A stretch of 63,993 bases of DNA, filler included, from Atractiella rhizophila (taxonomy: Eukaryota), in NCBI GenBank assembly GCA_021432655.1. It is 21 parts of 21 records of this genome, joined end to end, with 100 filler letters (N's around TTAATTAATTAA, not from the genome) between each part and the next. Parts side by side here need not be neighbours in the genome. Positions count along the whole stretch, not along the records: positions 34,227 to 37,181 come from MU272599.1; positions 37,282 to 40,226 come from MU272600.1; positions 40,327 to 43,255 come from MU272601.1; positions 43,356 to 46,277 come from MU272602.1; positions 46,378 to 49,294 come from MU272603.1; 16 more parts are not named here. One strand, 5' to 3'. The notes under the pieces were generated by a model. The model worked only from the letters and a program-made list of their open reading frames with translations. It was not told the DNA's origin and ran no database searches. Positions 35,850-48,902 of this stretch are shown piece by piece (positions within the stretch are counted from its first letter, which is position 1; each line of letters starts with the position of its first letter). Position numbers and translations under genes: made by a program.

Positions 35850-37181
35850 ATGTCCACTCCACCTCCGACCCCTTCAAATCAGTTAGGACAAAAACGTGGA
35901 CCGGCCATGAATAGTCCAGAGCAGAAGTCTAACCCCCGACATCGTCAACGTGCCCGTCATGCCCTCAATCTCTCTCCCAACATATTTGATCTCTCACCTC
36001 AGATAACACGTTTCCAGATCACTGATAGCACAGCTCTTCCACTCCCTTCTTCTTCAATACAGCCCGAGCAACCCAAGCAACCACATGTTCCAGTTTTCGC
36101 AACTCAATGCATTCCTGATCCGCACACACCTTCACCAGTTGGAGTTGATGTCTCGCACCCACTTGCTGCCTTTCATATCGACTATTCAACTCTTCCGGGG
36201 TTTCTTGGATATCAAGTAGCTCCTGGATTCAATCTTCAGCAAATTCAAAGTTATGAAGCGACAGATGAAGTACCAAATCATGTTTGGGGCTCTCCGTTTC
36301 CTTCTTCAAAAAGCAGCCCAGTCCTTTCCAAGCTCCGGCTCATCGTCAAAATGAAAGGCCGCCCTTTTCAGTATTTCCCAACAACAGCAGGAGGTCGCAT
36401 CGGCTTTCTCTTTCGCATGGAAGGATACAATGCTGATTGGTCCCCACAACAAGATGTGCGTTGTTAATATGCTCTGTATTGATTAATCAAGATTTGTTTT
36501 ATTAGCTTCAAGGATCTTGGCGGAAAAACTCATCAGGTTCGATCAGAACGATACATCAGCCCAAATGGGACTTCCTGGATCCAGATTATGGCTGGGCCGT
36601 ATTCAAGACAAAATGTGGCAGCTGGAAGGTTTGCGCTCATGGAAATCCTCACGAGTTTACTCAAATGCAACGATATGCCTACCTCTTATCAGATTATACT
36701 TCCCGATGGAAAGAATACGTCCTTCAGCGTGAAAAGGCAAAGGAGTTATGTCCAGTAGAGGCTGCTGCAGTGTATGTTTCGTTTCAAAATAAAAGAAATG
36801 AAGTTCTAACAATGAATAGATGGTATCTTGCCGTCATTGTAGAAAAGTTCCAGCGCCGATGTGTGAAGAAGAATTGTGATGGCCACTTACAGTTAGTTTA
36901 CGAAACTGCAAGTGCCTAGCCTTTGGTTCTCAGTAAACAATGCTAATTCAGGTCCAGATTGAGCCAACAGAAGATATATCGTATACAGCACGCATTTGCT
37001 GCTCTCGAACCATTCCAACCATATCCCCTGATGACGGCGGACGACCTTTATTTCCTATGCCACCATCAGATATTCCACAAAACGGTATACATCTAACTGA
37101 AAGAGTTCCGTCAATAGTTTCAATATCCACTCTTCACCATCTTCTTGAAACTGGCACAATTCCACCAAACCTTTCGAATAC
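35850..37181 (+). CDS. Cys-rich protein of a probable transposon-associated family, spliced, 3' partial
   Basis: FQYFPTTAGG, KCGSWKVC, CVKKNCDGHLQL and ICCSR...H motifs across introns at about 36455-36505, 36770-36819 and 36912-36952. Cys spacing is similar to the upstream ORF. Confidence 0.45.
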
Positions 37182-38386
37182 NNNNNNNNNNNNNNNNNNN
37201 NNNNNNNNNNNNNNNNNNNNNNNNNTTAATTAATTAANNNNNNNNNNNNNNNNNNNNNNNNNNNNNNNNNNNNNNNNNNNNTTTCTGGTCAATGGATTGG
37301 ATGGGCAGTGGCAGTCTCTTTATGAACGACAAACTCCCACCAATTGCAGGATACGGATGCTGCTTGGAATCTCGGAAAAGCATCCAAGTTTCTCTACGCC
37401 CTACCACTCCTATTCACCACCCCTGTTCCCTTAGCTCCATTAACTCCAGGCTTGCTAACGGTAAATGCATGGCTCTTCCCATCAAACTCGCATGCATGCG
37501 TGGATGAAGTTAGCTGGACGAGCTAATATTGCGTTTCTCTCCTGTAAATTTAGCAGGCGGAATCGCGGGACCCTTCCTCACCCGCATTCCGATGGATAAT
37601 CCTTCCTTTCTTATTGTTTGGTTCCGAGCGATTCAGAATTAAGAAGCAGTTCAAGCTGACTGCTGGCATCTATCACAAGGGGATGTGACTCAGCTCTTTC
37701 TAGCGCTGATTGGTCCTTTAAACAGACCGTCACCATTCATATTCGGGGCGAAAATGATATTTGATGACATTTGAGAGATGCCAAACACAGTTTCATCTTT
37801 CAACTATCCGTTGATTCCAGGATACAGGATAGGTTTCGCAACAATGGGCCGAGTAATTGAACTGGACGACAGTGCTGAACCCGGTGGGCGCGACGATCTT
37901 GCACAGGCTTGACGAAAATCATCTGTGCGAAACTCTATATGATCGTCGCTTCTTTTGTTTAACCCTAACGCAGCGTGAAAGTCTGTGCGTACAGAAATAT
38001 CGCCAGTTATCGACAGACCACCTGCGCTTCCCACGCCTCTTTCAGCGCCGTGCACACTCTGTGGAAGTCGGACCACCCAAGTGGATCGACTAGACACTCT
38101 GTGAATGCGTCCTGTTTCAGTTTCAGATCCTTCACCTTGTGTCCTTGGGTCGCAGGGCAGCAGGCAAACGCAAGCGGCCGAAGGGACTGGGCTCGGAAAG
38201 GCAAGTTGGTTTTGGCCGGATTTTTGGGGACGATCAACGATGATCAAGACGAGCTTTGACAGTTCCGAGCAAACTTTCTGCAGGATGGATTTACAATTAA
38301 TTCTTCCATCCCAGTAAGTCCTCAAAGTTCTTAAATAGCAAGCCAGACCATTTCGAGTGAAGGCGGAAACGTTCAACCAGCAAGCA

Positions 38387-39790
38387 ATGGCAGACGTCGT
38401 TATGATAACAGCTTCCGAGAGAATCCCTCCAGAGGTTCTATCCATGATTTTTGAGTATACGGTTTCCCCACGGCTGGGGAAAGAGGAAGCCGAATCTCTG
38501 AAGTCGTACACGTTAGTTTGTCGTGCGTGGACGCGAACTGCTCAAGTAATGTCGCTCCTCAGCCTGATGCTTTATAATTCGTGGTTGACTTAGCCTGTAC
38601 AGCGGCTTTTGCAGCGTAGTTTCGTAGGTCGAACAATGAAGCGTCTGAGGTTCATTCGACACGTTACAAAGTCTCGAACTGGGAAGAAGATGGCTCTGTT
38701 GGTCAAAAGTCTGACGCTGAGTGGCTTCGAAAGCAGAACGCCGTCAACAAACATCCAGTTTATGAACTGTGCGATGAGCTGTTTCCCCGCGCTGACGAGC
38801 CTCGAAGTCATCATTTCATTCGCATCTGTAACGGGTCTGGTTACGAGGAGTGGTTTCAAAGACACACTTTTAACCCTGCAAAAGGCTTTGACGCTTATGC
38901 CACCCACCATTCAAACATTAAAGGCCGTGTTTGAATTCGGTTGGCCACTCAATTTGGAGAGCTTGTCGCCAGCGGTGGTGGACACATTCACCACAGTTTT
39001 CGGTTTGCATCATCCTGTGGAGAGCCTTAAACTCATGAGCAGAGTGGACTCTCCTTTTGCGTGGATATCAGATACCTATTCAGCTGAAATTCTGGCCAAA
39101 TTGCCAACGGAAGCAAAATTTTCCCTCAGCATCTCCATCTTTCTGGTTTTCCATTTGATCATTATTTCCTCACGTTGTTTGGTTCCCAGCCCGACTCACG
39201 CTTAACGAGCGTTGTATTCATTCCGCACGACGGTTACGATACGACAGAAAATATCGTCGACGCTTTTCAATCCGTTGGACCAACGCTCAAACACCTTCGT
39301 TTGGGGCTCACAACCAGCCACAGGGCAAAACCAGATGCCATCCTCAAATTTTGCACTGGCTTGCGAACACTTGTGTTTCTCCCTCTATACCCTTCTGGAC
39401 CCTCCCTGCCAAAAGACCCACCAGCCTTAGCGCTTCAACAAGAAGAGGAATTGCAAACATTTCTCCTGCTTTTGCCGTCTCTTCCAACGATTATCGAGAA
39501 AGTTGTTTACGCACTTTCGGCCGGCGAGCCTGACGAAACAATGCAGAGCTGTCCGAGTTGAGGCTATACGGCTGCGGCAATTGCGAACGTTTCATTTCAT
39601 AACATCACGATGGCGACATCGCGCCGGTGAAGAAGACTTGATTGGAATTTTTTTATGTTGCGAACGCAGAGATTACTGTCCGAACCGACTGTCGACACCG
39701 AAGGTGAAAATTTTGGAGTCCGACCCTGCGCAGAAAAGCGTGGAAATTTCAAAGTTGTTCTTTCTGCCACATCATCATTTTGAGCGTTGA
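38387..39790 (+). CDS. F-box-like protein with leucine-rich C-terminus, spliced, possibly frameshifted near the 3' end
   Basis: RIPPEVLSMIFEY...LKSYTLVCRAWTRTAQ, then intron 38546-38593. Later motifs include FPALTSLEV, TLKHLRL and CTGLRTL. Confidence 0.7.
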
Positions 39791-39793
39791 ATG

Positions 39794-40226
39794 TTAAAAA
39801 GGACGAAAGAGACAACTGCAGAGAAGGTGCAAACGGCGCAATGTAGCTTTTACCATTTCATCCATTCTCTGATATCCCGAAACTAGAGTGATATTCTGAG
39901 CATACATAAAAGCACTTAAGCTGAAGACCAAAAAGGCGTACAAAATGCCATTCTTTTGTGCTTCTGTCAAACCCTCTAGCCAGTTCTTCATAAAACGCTT
40001 GCTGGAGAAGATAAAAAGCGGAGGCAGAGAATTCCCATCTGCAGTGACACATTCAATAAGTGTAACCAGCTCGAGCTTGTCTGACTTTGCCCAATATACC
40101 GATTTCCTCTCAGCGGCACCAATAACACGATGTTTCCCCAACTTTCGACCTCCTCCCAGTTGCAATCCCTTCTCGTCCATATTTGCAACATCACACCATC
40201 TTATCTTATGCTTGTGCATTGTCTCC
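39794..40226 (-). mobile_element. pogo/Fot1-like (Tc1-mariner superfamily) DDE transposase fragment
   Basis: NMDEKG...ELVTLIECVTADGNSLPPLFIF...W matches the DDE_1 pattern. Confidence 0.85.
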
Positions 40227-40673
40227 NNNNNNNNNNNNNNNNNNNNNNNNNNNNNNNNNNNNNNNNNNNNTTAATTAATTAANNNNNNNNNNNNNNNNNN
40301 NNNNNNNNNNNNNNNNNNNNNNNNNNAAGGAAATGCTTTTTACGCACGAACCCGCCGTGATCGGCAAAGGAACAGTGTGGGGCTCCATTCCATGAACAAT
40401 ACCCACTAACACCTCACATGTGATCGCCATGCCTCTAAGCTTCGGCTAAATGGTATCCTATCTCCTTGTGTGAAGGCTGCAGATCTCATGCACATTGGAA
40501 ACGCGTTCACTGAGAAACAAGGGCAGGCATGGCACCATCACAGCACCACGCCCCTGTACTGTGCGTCCACAGTGGTACCGACAGTGTCCGGAGGGGTTTT
40601 CACCCTCAGCTACTGACGTCAGTGTCAGTGTCCCAGGTCAAGCCAGGCTGGTTGCTTGGTGGGTCAACCAGGG

Positions 40674-40764
40674 TGGGGAGGGTGGGATTCGAACCCACAG
40701 CCACATAAAAACCGTCGTTTGGGCTGGCCAGGACTGGTGCTTAGCCCACTACACCATCCTCCCC
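40674..40764 (-). pseudogene. tRNA-derived sequence (tRNA-Leu-like pseudogene or SINE head)
   Basis: On the minus strand: acceptor stem GGGGAGG/CCTCCCC-A, A box TGGTGTAGTGG, D stem GTGT/GCAC, and T arm GTGGG-TTCGAAT-CCCAC. There is no canonical anticodon loop, and the sequence contains an internal T5. Confidence 0.75.
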
Positions 40765-41367
40765 GATATAAAACTTTCTTAACTCTTTCAATGAGTATCC
40801 CATTGGTACCTGCTATTTCAGGACATATGCTCATGAGTACTCTTACGTACTTCGAGTATCATACTTGGTGACATCTCTACACCAAACCACCAACTAAGAC
40901 CTTGACAAACTATCCCAGTTCATCCCCTGGAAACTTGCAGGGCCGGCTCAGTGCTCAAGTAATGAGTGGTCAGTGTAGTTGGTGCCGAAAAAGTGCAGAC
41001 GTCAGTGTCACCCAGGACTTTTGAGAACAGCAATCTGTTTTGAACGTTATCAAGGGGCTTTTTATGAGGGCCAGCGTGTTCTCGTCAGCGACTATGCAAA
41101 TCGGGCGCATTTGATCGCTTGCGAAGGTAAAGGCACTTGCTCACCTGGAAGCACCACAACCATAGACCTAATTAGTGGAAGGAGAGAATTATTTGTGTAG
41201 TCTTATTGGGTACGAGAAGGAGCTTGAAGGATACTGAGCATGGGCCCAGTGCAAGTCCTGAGAGACTCTGCTTCCAATCCTGTCCAAAAGGTGCCGAATC
41301 TCTGATAGAATATAATGTGTGGAAATGCAAATTAGCGAATTGTAAATGAAAAATGAAGTAGATTAAT

Positions 41368-43255
41368 TTATGCCAGTATAATACTGCTTCCAGTCAAGAA
41401 ACCCACGCGAAGTGAAGAAGCGAGCAAACAGCAAACAGAGAGGCTAAACTGAGTCCGAAAGATCCATCTCATCACTCTGACCTGCATCTCCTTCAAGAAG
41501 AGCCTTATCTGCCTCTGGCTCAAGGACTGGGTCGATAAGTGCATCGGAGTGGTGACAGTGAAGGATCCAAACGAACCTTCTTCCCTCACCATCTTCTGCT
41601 TGAAAGACCCCAATCAAGCGCATGACTTGATCAAGAGGCACAAGGCGGAATTCATCGCTGCACTGGCAGAGGATTTCGCTTTCAAAGAGGTTACGTCGTT
41701 TGCTGAAAAGCTGAGTAATGGCGAAGAGCTTGTCGGCAGCTGGGCTTGCATCGGGGTCGAAGAAAGTCTCTGGGACTCGAAGATAGACAACTGCCTCGCT
41801 GTAGAAGGTCTCTCCAGTGTCGTCAATGCCCTGTTTCTCTCATTAGAGGAGATAGTAAGACAGATTGACCAACAACGTACCTCATATCTGCATGCCTTGC
41901 GTGCTTCGAACTTCCATGACCTTTCCAGCTTCCGTGAACGAATAACATCCCCGTTAGCCAAAGCGCACCGGCCCCAGTGTTCCCACTTTGCCACAATCTT
42001 CTCCAGGTCCAGCCCATCAAGGTTCTTTCCACGAGAGTCGCAATAGGTTCGAATCAAAGCAAGCTCCTCCATCCATTCGATGCTGTATTTGGTGCCCTGC
42101 AACTTTGCCAGCTTCGTGAGAGGAATCGATGCCCAGCGAGGCGAGTAAACTGAGTTACGTGAGTGGATGGAAGAAAAGCGCTGAAATCGAGAACCCGCCA
42201 TCTCGTAAATCAAATTTTGGGCTGGATACAGAATATCAACAATATTCATCTGCTCTTACAAGAGAGCTTGGTTCAGCAGGTTCTCCTGGTACCTGTTGTC
42301 CTGATTAATTCGTTTCTTAAGAAATCCAATCATTCCCTCCATCGGGAACTGCGAGTAGAGAATCCCTGGTCCCCACCAGAGGATCCAGTTGGCGATGTGC
42401 AAGAGATGGTGGATGCACATGGGCATACGACTAAGCCATGTGTGATCTCCATGAACGTACACCTTCTCCCAATTTGTGACAAAGCTTGCAAAAAGCTCGC
42501 GGATTCTGAGCCTTTCCTGCTTGCTAATCTCGTGCTGCCATGCAAGCCTGCAGCCACAAACGAAAGAATCGAGAACATGTAAGATGTCGAGTGGAAAGCC
42601 AAGAAGGAGAAGAGAGGGTATTAGCAACCAGTCATAAACATCCCACCACTCATGCATTTTGTACTGGGTGTTTCGGAATCGATGTGTGTTCCGAGGAGCT
42701 GCTTGAGAGAAGGCATAAGGAATATCGACCTTAGAGCGCTCAACCATGCGGCCAAACTCGTCCTGTACTTGCTACGTTGGGTGCCAGGGCTCAGGAAGAG
42801 ACTCTTGCTTGTTAATCCCCATCGTAGCGTCGAAAATGAGTTCGGCATCATTCTTCCAGTGGAGATGGGCAAGGTCTCCTGCAAAAAATGTCCAAGGATC
42901 ACGAAATGTCTTGGATCCGGAAACAGGGGTAATGGAGATGACACCACTATCGCGCGCGACCTCTGCTCGTGCTTTTTGTGTGGTTGCTAGTGCAAGATTT
43001 TTTGCTGTTTGTGTGTACTTGGTCGTGGTGCGATTCAGAAGATTGAGAGGGTCATAAGCAGCTGGGCGATATGAAGGGAGAGTGCCGTCGTCCTGTGGGA
43101 TCGATATACACGGGTAATAGTAATGGTGACCCAGGATCTGACCGATAAGCTTGTAAAAGCGGCAGCCACACTTTCCTTGATGGCCAGTGCAGCCATTTGC
43201 CTTCGCAGAACCGAGCATGTCACCTACATTAAATATTCAGTGCAATATCCAGTAA
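41368..43255 (-). mobile_element. CACTA/En-Spm-type transposase, inactivated by in-frame stops
   Basis: GHQGKCGCR, YYYP, YDPLNL, DLAHL..KN, PRN...YKMHEW and IHHLLHIA...GP...YSQFPMEGMIG. Three ORFs share one frame, separated by single stops at 42772 and 42256. The 3' boundary is approximate. Confidence 0.8.
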
Positions 43256-44130
43256 NNNNNNNNNNNNNNNNNNNNNNNNNNNNNNNNNNNNNNNNNNNNT
43301 TAATTAATTAANNNNNNNNNNNNNNNNNNNNNNNNNNNNNNNNNNNNNNNNNNNNAGAACTTTTTGAGCAGGTTGTGGGATGGAATGGCGAACAACTTGA
43401 TTTGATTCTCTGCGTTTCCACCCTCTACTTGTTCACCTGCCTGCTGTGTACTTTCGAATTTCTCCTTCCATTATCGATGCTAGTCTGGTCTGGTGATTCG
43501 ATACGAGACACATCGCTCAGATTCTGAAATAATCCAATATTAGCTTTCTCTTCCACTAGTCATGCCCGGGATGTAACACAGCAAACCATCGAGCGTGACA
43601 ACCTTCGAGATAATTGCCGCTTACTATCCGTCACAACCCAGGAAGCTAAGCTCAATCCTCCGTTGTGAGCGGCGCCACAACCTTTCGAGAGAGTGATAAC
43701 ATATGCAGACTTTGAGGAAGAAAGTGCACATTAAAGGACAAAAAATAAATGGAAACAAAGCCCCTTTGCATATCTACACTCCAGATGACGCGGTGTCCTC
43801 GATATGGACATCCTCCATTTCTGAAAGTTGTGCGTTATGACGGAGGAGGCCCCTATTTAGATATAGTTGGAAACGGACCCTGCAAACTCTCATGTTGGTG
43901 ACCACAACATGGCACGAATTAGATATCATTTATCACTCGTATAACTCTACCCGAACTCATGAGAGCTAAAATAAATGGGGGCGAACCGTGACTCCAGTCC
44001 TTCCAGTTGTTATCCACCGCTCGAACATAGTCGAAGTCATGCGCGAATCGACAATGAAAGTCGGACGAATTCTGAAGGAAAGTACGAAGCACGATCAAGA
44101 GTGTTGTCCCTGCACCAGTTCGACTAATAC

Positions 44131-45209
44131 TCAGATAAACCGTAAATGGGGAGAATGGTTACAGACCTTCAATTCCTCGATTCGTCCCTTGACTGTCTCC
44201 TTAACATGTGGCCAAATCTCGTCCGTCGTATTTCCCTTCACAATAATCAGCACTTTAGGTCTGCAGATAAATAAGGGGGTGGACAAACGGTGAAAGTGAG
44301 CACCCTTTCCAGTCCACCAACCTTGCTCCCGGCATAGTGTTCCAGAAGTGTCTTATTCTCTTTATGGAAGTCTTTCAATCTCTTCCCAAAAATATTGACG
44401 TCGTCATCAGGCCGTTTTGTAAGAGACTCGCCAGTGACATCATCTCTTCCCTGGACCTTTGGAGGGTTGAATCTACTTTGCTTGTAAGTGGATGGTAGCG
44501 AGGAGAAAGCAGACGAACGTGTGATTGTATACTCGGCCAGAAGGGGCATGAATCCATCTGTCTATTGTAATATCAATGCATCAGAATTTATCAACGAGAG
44601 AGAAAGGGGGGATGCGAGAAATCACCCACTTTCTATTCGGTCCAGAATGACCGAATCGGGTACAACGAGGTTCAGGATCAAGTTAAGGCCTACCCCGCGA
44701 CTCTGCAGGAGAGAGTCTAGAGAACGCGCTTGGGAACCGTTTCGAGGATAACCATCTAGCACCCAATGCTGTTTGTCCAGTGCAGCATGCAGAATTAGAG
44801 CTTTATCAAGGGCAAGAAAGATTAGTCACAAACCTTTCCTTCTAAGACCGAAAGCTCCTTTTCCACCAACTGGAGGATCACTTCGTCAGGCAGAAGAGCT
44901 GTTTCTCTGTATAAGTGTACGAGTAGAATGCCCCTGTCGGTCGATAGGAACGCACCGCCGCGTTTCATGAATCCCTCTGCTTGCGCTCCTAACGCCGTCT
45001 TCTGTACAATCTGAGCTCTCAATAAATCCCCTACGCCAACGGTCCGTATTGGGAAGGCAGCCTGACAGCGGGATATGAGCGTTCCTTTCCCTGATCCCTG
45101 GCACCCGAACAAGCAAATGTACATCATGATTACTAGACCAGGTGGAAGGGGAAAGACGAACAGGTGCACCAAGGATTATCATTCGAAGTGAAGAGAAGGA
45201 AGGAGCCAT
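44131..45209 (-). CDS. Mitochondrial adenylate kinase (GTP:AMP phosphotransferase, AK3/Adk2 type), spliced
   Basis: IILGAP|GSGKGT, GDLLR, LLPDEV, WVLDGYPR, RWIHAPSGRVYN and DDVTGESLTKRPDD. The 3' end is approximate. Confidence 0.92.
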
Positions 45210-46069
45210 GACACTTGAGACACAATGTCAATATTGTAGGTCCAGACTCGGATAGATATATGTGCTGTGACGCTGCAGAGAGTGTTAGAACTTGTTTAGG
45301 TGCAGCATCCATTCATTGTCTGCCTACTGTGACGCCTAGTACTATAGGTCTTGGAATTCTTCCAGCTTGTGGGATAGTTACTAATTCTAATGTAAAAGGC
45401 TTGTAACAAGTTGTAACAAGCTAAGAACTTATCGACATCAATCGTGAACAGCTTGAACACAGAAGGTGAACCAGCTGGTTGGGGTAATAAACTCAAGGTG
45501 CATAATTCGCTCCGAACTCAATATTCGACCAGATGATTGACAAGCGAAAAGTTAATACTTTCGCTAGTGAAAAGGAACTCCTGTGATAAGTAAAGCGAGA
45601 AGCAGGAGGTGTAAGTGCATACCCTATAAGTGATATCCTGAAAGCTGAAATGACGTGCATGATTATGTACTTGGGTATAACAACTAGTGATAAAAACGAC
45701 ATCAAGCTGATCAAGTAAACTGTAGACCATGATAGAACAACAATACATCATGAAAGCGAGGAAACGACGACATTCAGACTTAAGTGCTAAGTTAAGTGGG
45801 AATCTTGGACAGCAGCTGCAACATATGATGAATAACTGGAGAGTCCTTCGTCTCAAACGAAGACAACATTGCTGAACAAATGTTTGAGAAAGCTGGGTAG
45901 TTTTGAGAATGCAAGTCCATAGGCAACAGGGAAGGATGATGAGTGCAGTTGCATGGCTGTGAGAAAGAGCAAAGAGCCCAGTGATAACAAGATGTAGGTC
46001 CAATCAAGGCTCTAGTCTATTTCCCGTCTCATCATCTTCATCCTATACAAAAGAAGAAAGTGACGTACT

Positions 46070-46277
46070 TAAAAAGTTATGTGGGGCGGCATAAAGCTCC
46101 TTCATCTCCACTTCCAGCGCCTCAAAGTACCTCACCTCCTCCGGTTGATCCCTCTTCAGATCTTCCCAACGTCTCGTGCATGCCGCTGTCTTTGCGTTTC
46201 CAGCATAAAGACCTTCCTTGAATAGAGGTATTAAGGTACAACATTTCTTGAGGAGAAGGAAGAGGTCCGAATTGACC
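46070..46277 (-). CDS. Possible divergent HMG-box exon
   Basis: Hand translation gives NSDLFLLLKK...TRRWEDLKRDQPEEVRYFEALEVEMKELY..P, which resembles the HMG helix pattern. Confidence 0.3.
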
Positions 46278-46377
46278 NNNNNNNNNNNNNNNNNNNNNNN
46301 NNNNNNNNNNNNNNNNNNNNNTTAATTAATTAANNNNNNNNNNNNNNNNNNNNNNNNNNNNNNNNNNNNNNNNNNNN

Positions 46378-48285
46378 ACATCTGTTTCCCCCACTGCACT
46401 CTTGACATATTTGAGGACCCAGTTCCCTCCTCTCTTTGCCACGAGTTCCCAGCAGAGTATGCGATCCTCTGCCAGGTACATGTTGCTTGTAAAAACGTCG
46501 GCGTCGTGTCCTGCGAGATGTTCTCCCTTGAAGTAAGACGCGAGAGGACCCCGTCCTAGTTCGTCGTTGAGCAGGGCAATGTATCGATAGGCGGAAAAAG
46601 CCCCTGGAAGCACTGAGATGTAGCCGAAGACAGACTCTGTTGGTTTATCCAGTATATCTGCGGAGATCTTCAATACTTCCTTGATTTAGAAAGGGGATCA
46701 CACGTACTCGAAATTTTGTATTCAAAGTTTTGGGCAGCCACTAGAGGGTTCAGTAGCGCAAGTCCCATCTTCCCTTTCATCGCGCTGATCTCTCCGCATG
46801 CTCCGGCGACATTGCTATTGAGATCGAACGTTTTCCAGAGATAATACAGACTCTTGTTCGCTGGCTTCGTTCCAACATCCAGCAAGCAGCAGATATTGGG
46901 TTGCAAAAGCGGAGCGAAGGCGTTAAAGAACCAGCGGTGCGAATTGAGCTTTTTCCCATTTCGTTCCTTGAGACAGAAGATGATCTGGGTCGGCACAATT
47001 CCTTTTTCGAGCCCTTTGAACTTGAGAGACGGGTCGATGGAGAGCTGAGTGGTGAATTCGAAAATGTGTGCTTGCACGATCTTCTTTTGCCCATTCGGCG
47101 TCTCTACCATGTTCTTCGCTACACCGTCCTGGTAAACTCCCATAGCGGCGAGACTAAGGTTTCAATGTGAACATAGGAAAGCCCCATTTGAGGAACGTAC
47201 CAGTCCAAAACTCGAGGATGGATGCTCTTCCGTCCATCAGCCACAATACAGACCACGACCTGTATATGTTGTCACTTAAATTATGTCGAAGAGAGAAAGG
47301 AAGGGACCTCACTTTCTTCCACCCGTCTTTCCCCCAGGTCCGACTTCTTTCCCGCGTACAAAGGTGAGCGATGTTTTCTATTTCCTCTTGTTTAGTATGT
47401 TTCAGTTGAGGGTTGGAATGTAGGTACGCACTCATGATTCCGTGCATCGTGCGCGTAAATAAAATCTCATCTTCATTGTACATCGTAACGCCTACGAAGA
47501 GTTCCGTATGCCGATTCATCATTGCTGGGCGTAAAGTGAAACGTTCCTTTTCGTAGTTATCCGGCTAGAGAACCAAAGAAACATGAGCTCTCAAATCCCT
47601 CGTACCTGTATAACATAAACACGTGAAGACGCACATCACAAGTAGCGGCAGTATAACGCATAGTCGTAAATTCCTCCTCTCCCTTCCGCGGCAGGAATCC
47701 AGCGAGACGAGTCGGAATGGGAAGGTCCATGATAAGGTTGCCATCCGTGAGCGCTATCCGCTTCTTGGTCTTGTTCCTCCTCAACATAGGATGTTTAGGT
47801 GCAGGTCCGAAATGCAAATTAACGGTCGAAGGTACACTCGCGCTTTCCGGCAGCTTTGTCTCCTCGATAGTTGTTGCAATTCGCGGCCCACCAGAAATCC
47901 CAGCTTCTTCCATCTTTGCACTCATAGGATCCGGACTCACTACATCCCCAACGAGGTCTTCATACCAACCCGCGTTCTCTTCTGGCAGCTCGGCCTTTTC
48001 GTCATCCATGAGTTCGCCGTGATAGTCTCTCATGCCGTGAGCGTAGCCCTCTTGCTCTACCCAGTACCCCTCCGCTTTCTCGTCTCCTTCCCACGGCCCA
48101 TTGTCTCCGAACCCATTCATGTTTACTGGCTCATACTGATCGTGATGTCCGGAGTGCAGGGGAAGGATAGGCGCTGTTGGGGGAGGGGAAGTCGCGTAGC
48201 GGTGGTGATAGTCCGACAGCTGGGACGCGTACGGATCATCGACGTCCAGGTCAATTGGTGGAAGCGTTACTGGCGTGTATGACAT
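46378..48285 (-). CDS. Chitin synthase (division 1, class I-III type), spliced, 3' partial
   Basis: [66 protein letters not shown] and MYLAEDRIL. Confidence 0.96.
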
Positions 48286-48399
48286 CGTGACGGTAATCGC
48301 GTATCGAGTCTCGATTGAGCAACCAGAACCAAACAAAAGTGGAACAACAAGTCCCGACTCCTAACCCTACTTCGCGAGTCACGTGTAGTTACAACCAAC

Positions 48400-48902
48400 A
48401 TGGTTTATGAGAGGCTCGTTAAAAACCACATACAATCTCTTTCTTCCCCCCTTGTGCTTCCGGACGAAGCGAGTAAAGAAGAAAAGAAAGCCGTCGACGT
48501 CCTGAACAAGGACTTTGCGAAAGATCTGAAGGGGCGATTCACCTCTGCTGCCATCGCCCAATTCTGTGATCAATTGGACCAGCTCGATAAAGAGTTACCG
48601 CCCGAAGCTAACGTTGATGGAATCTTTGTCGATGTTAACGGGAGAGTTAATATTGGAGCGTCAAAGGTCGCATTAAAGGCAGCGAAGGGCGGCGGCGAGC
48701 TAGTTGAGTTGGGAAGAAAGAAGGAGGAGCTGGAGGAACAAATAGCTCATTATGAGGTGAACAAGCCAATCTCTCGACATTAAGAGTAGTATAATAATTA
48801 TATGTTAAGGCGCTCCTACAGAAACTGCGCGATATGAAGAAGGTTGAAGTGGTGGATGAAGAGGAAGGGAGGAAAGGGACGAGGAAAAAGAACAAGTCAT
48901 AG
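48400..48902 (+). CDS. Small coiled-coil protein with one intron (48756-48809)
   Basis: ATG in a CAACATGG context and an in-frame splice to ALLQKLRDMKK...KNKS*. Divergent from the chitin synthase gene. Function not assigned. Confidence 0.6.

Noticed and set aside
40500..40560. GCTGTGATGG on the minus strand resembling the fungal SRP RNA Alu motif
   Set aside because: No SRP helix-8 motif was found downstream, and the match is too short to support the call.
40674..40764. Functional tRNA, including tRNA-Sec
   Set aside because: No Y-U-NNN-R anticodon loop could be drawn, there is no TCA anticodon, and there is an internal T5 run.
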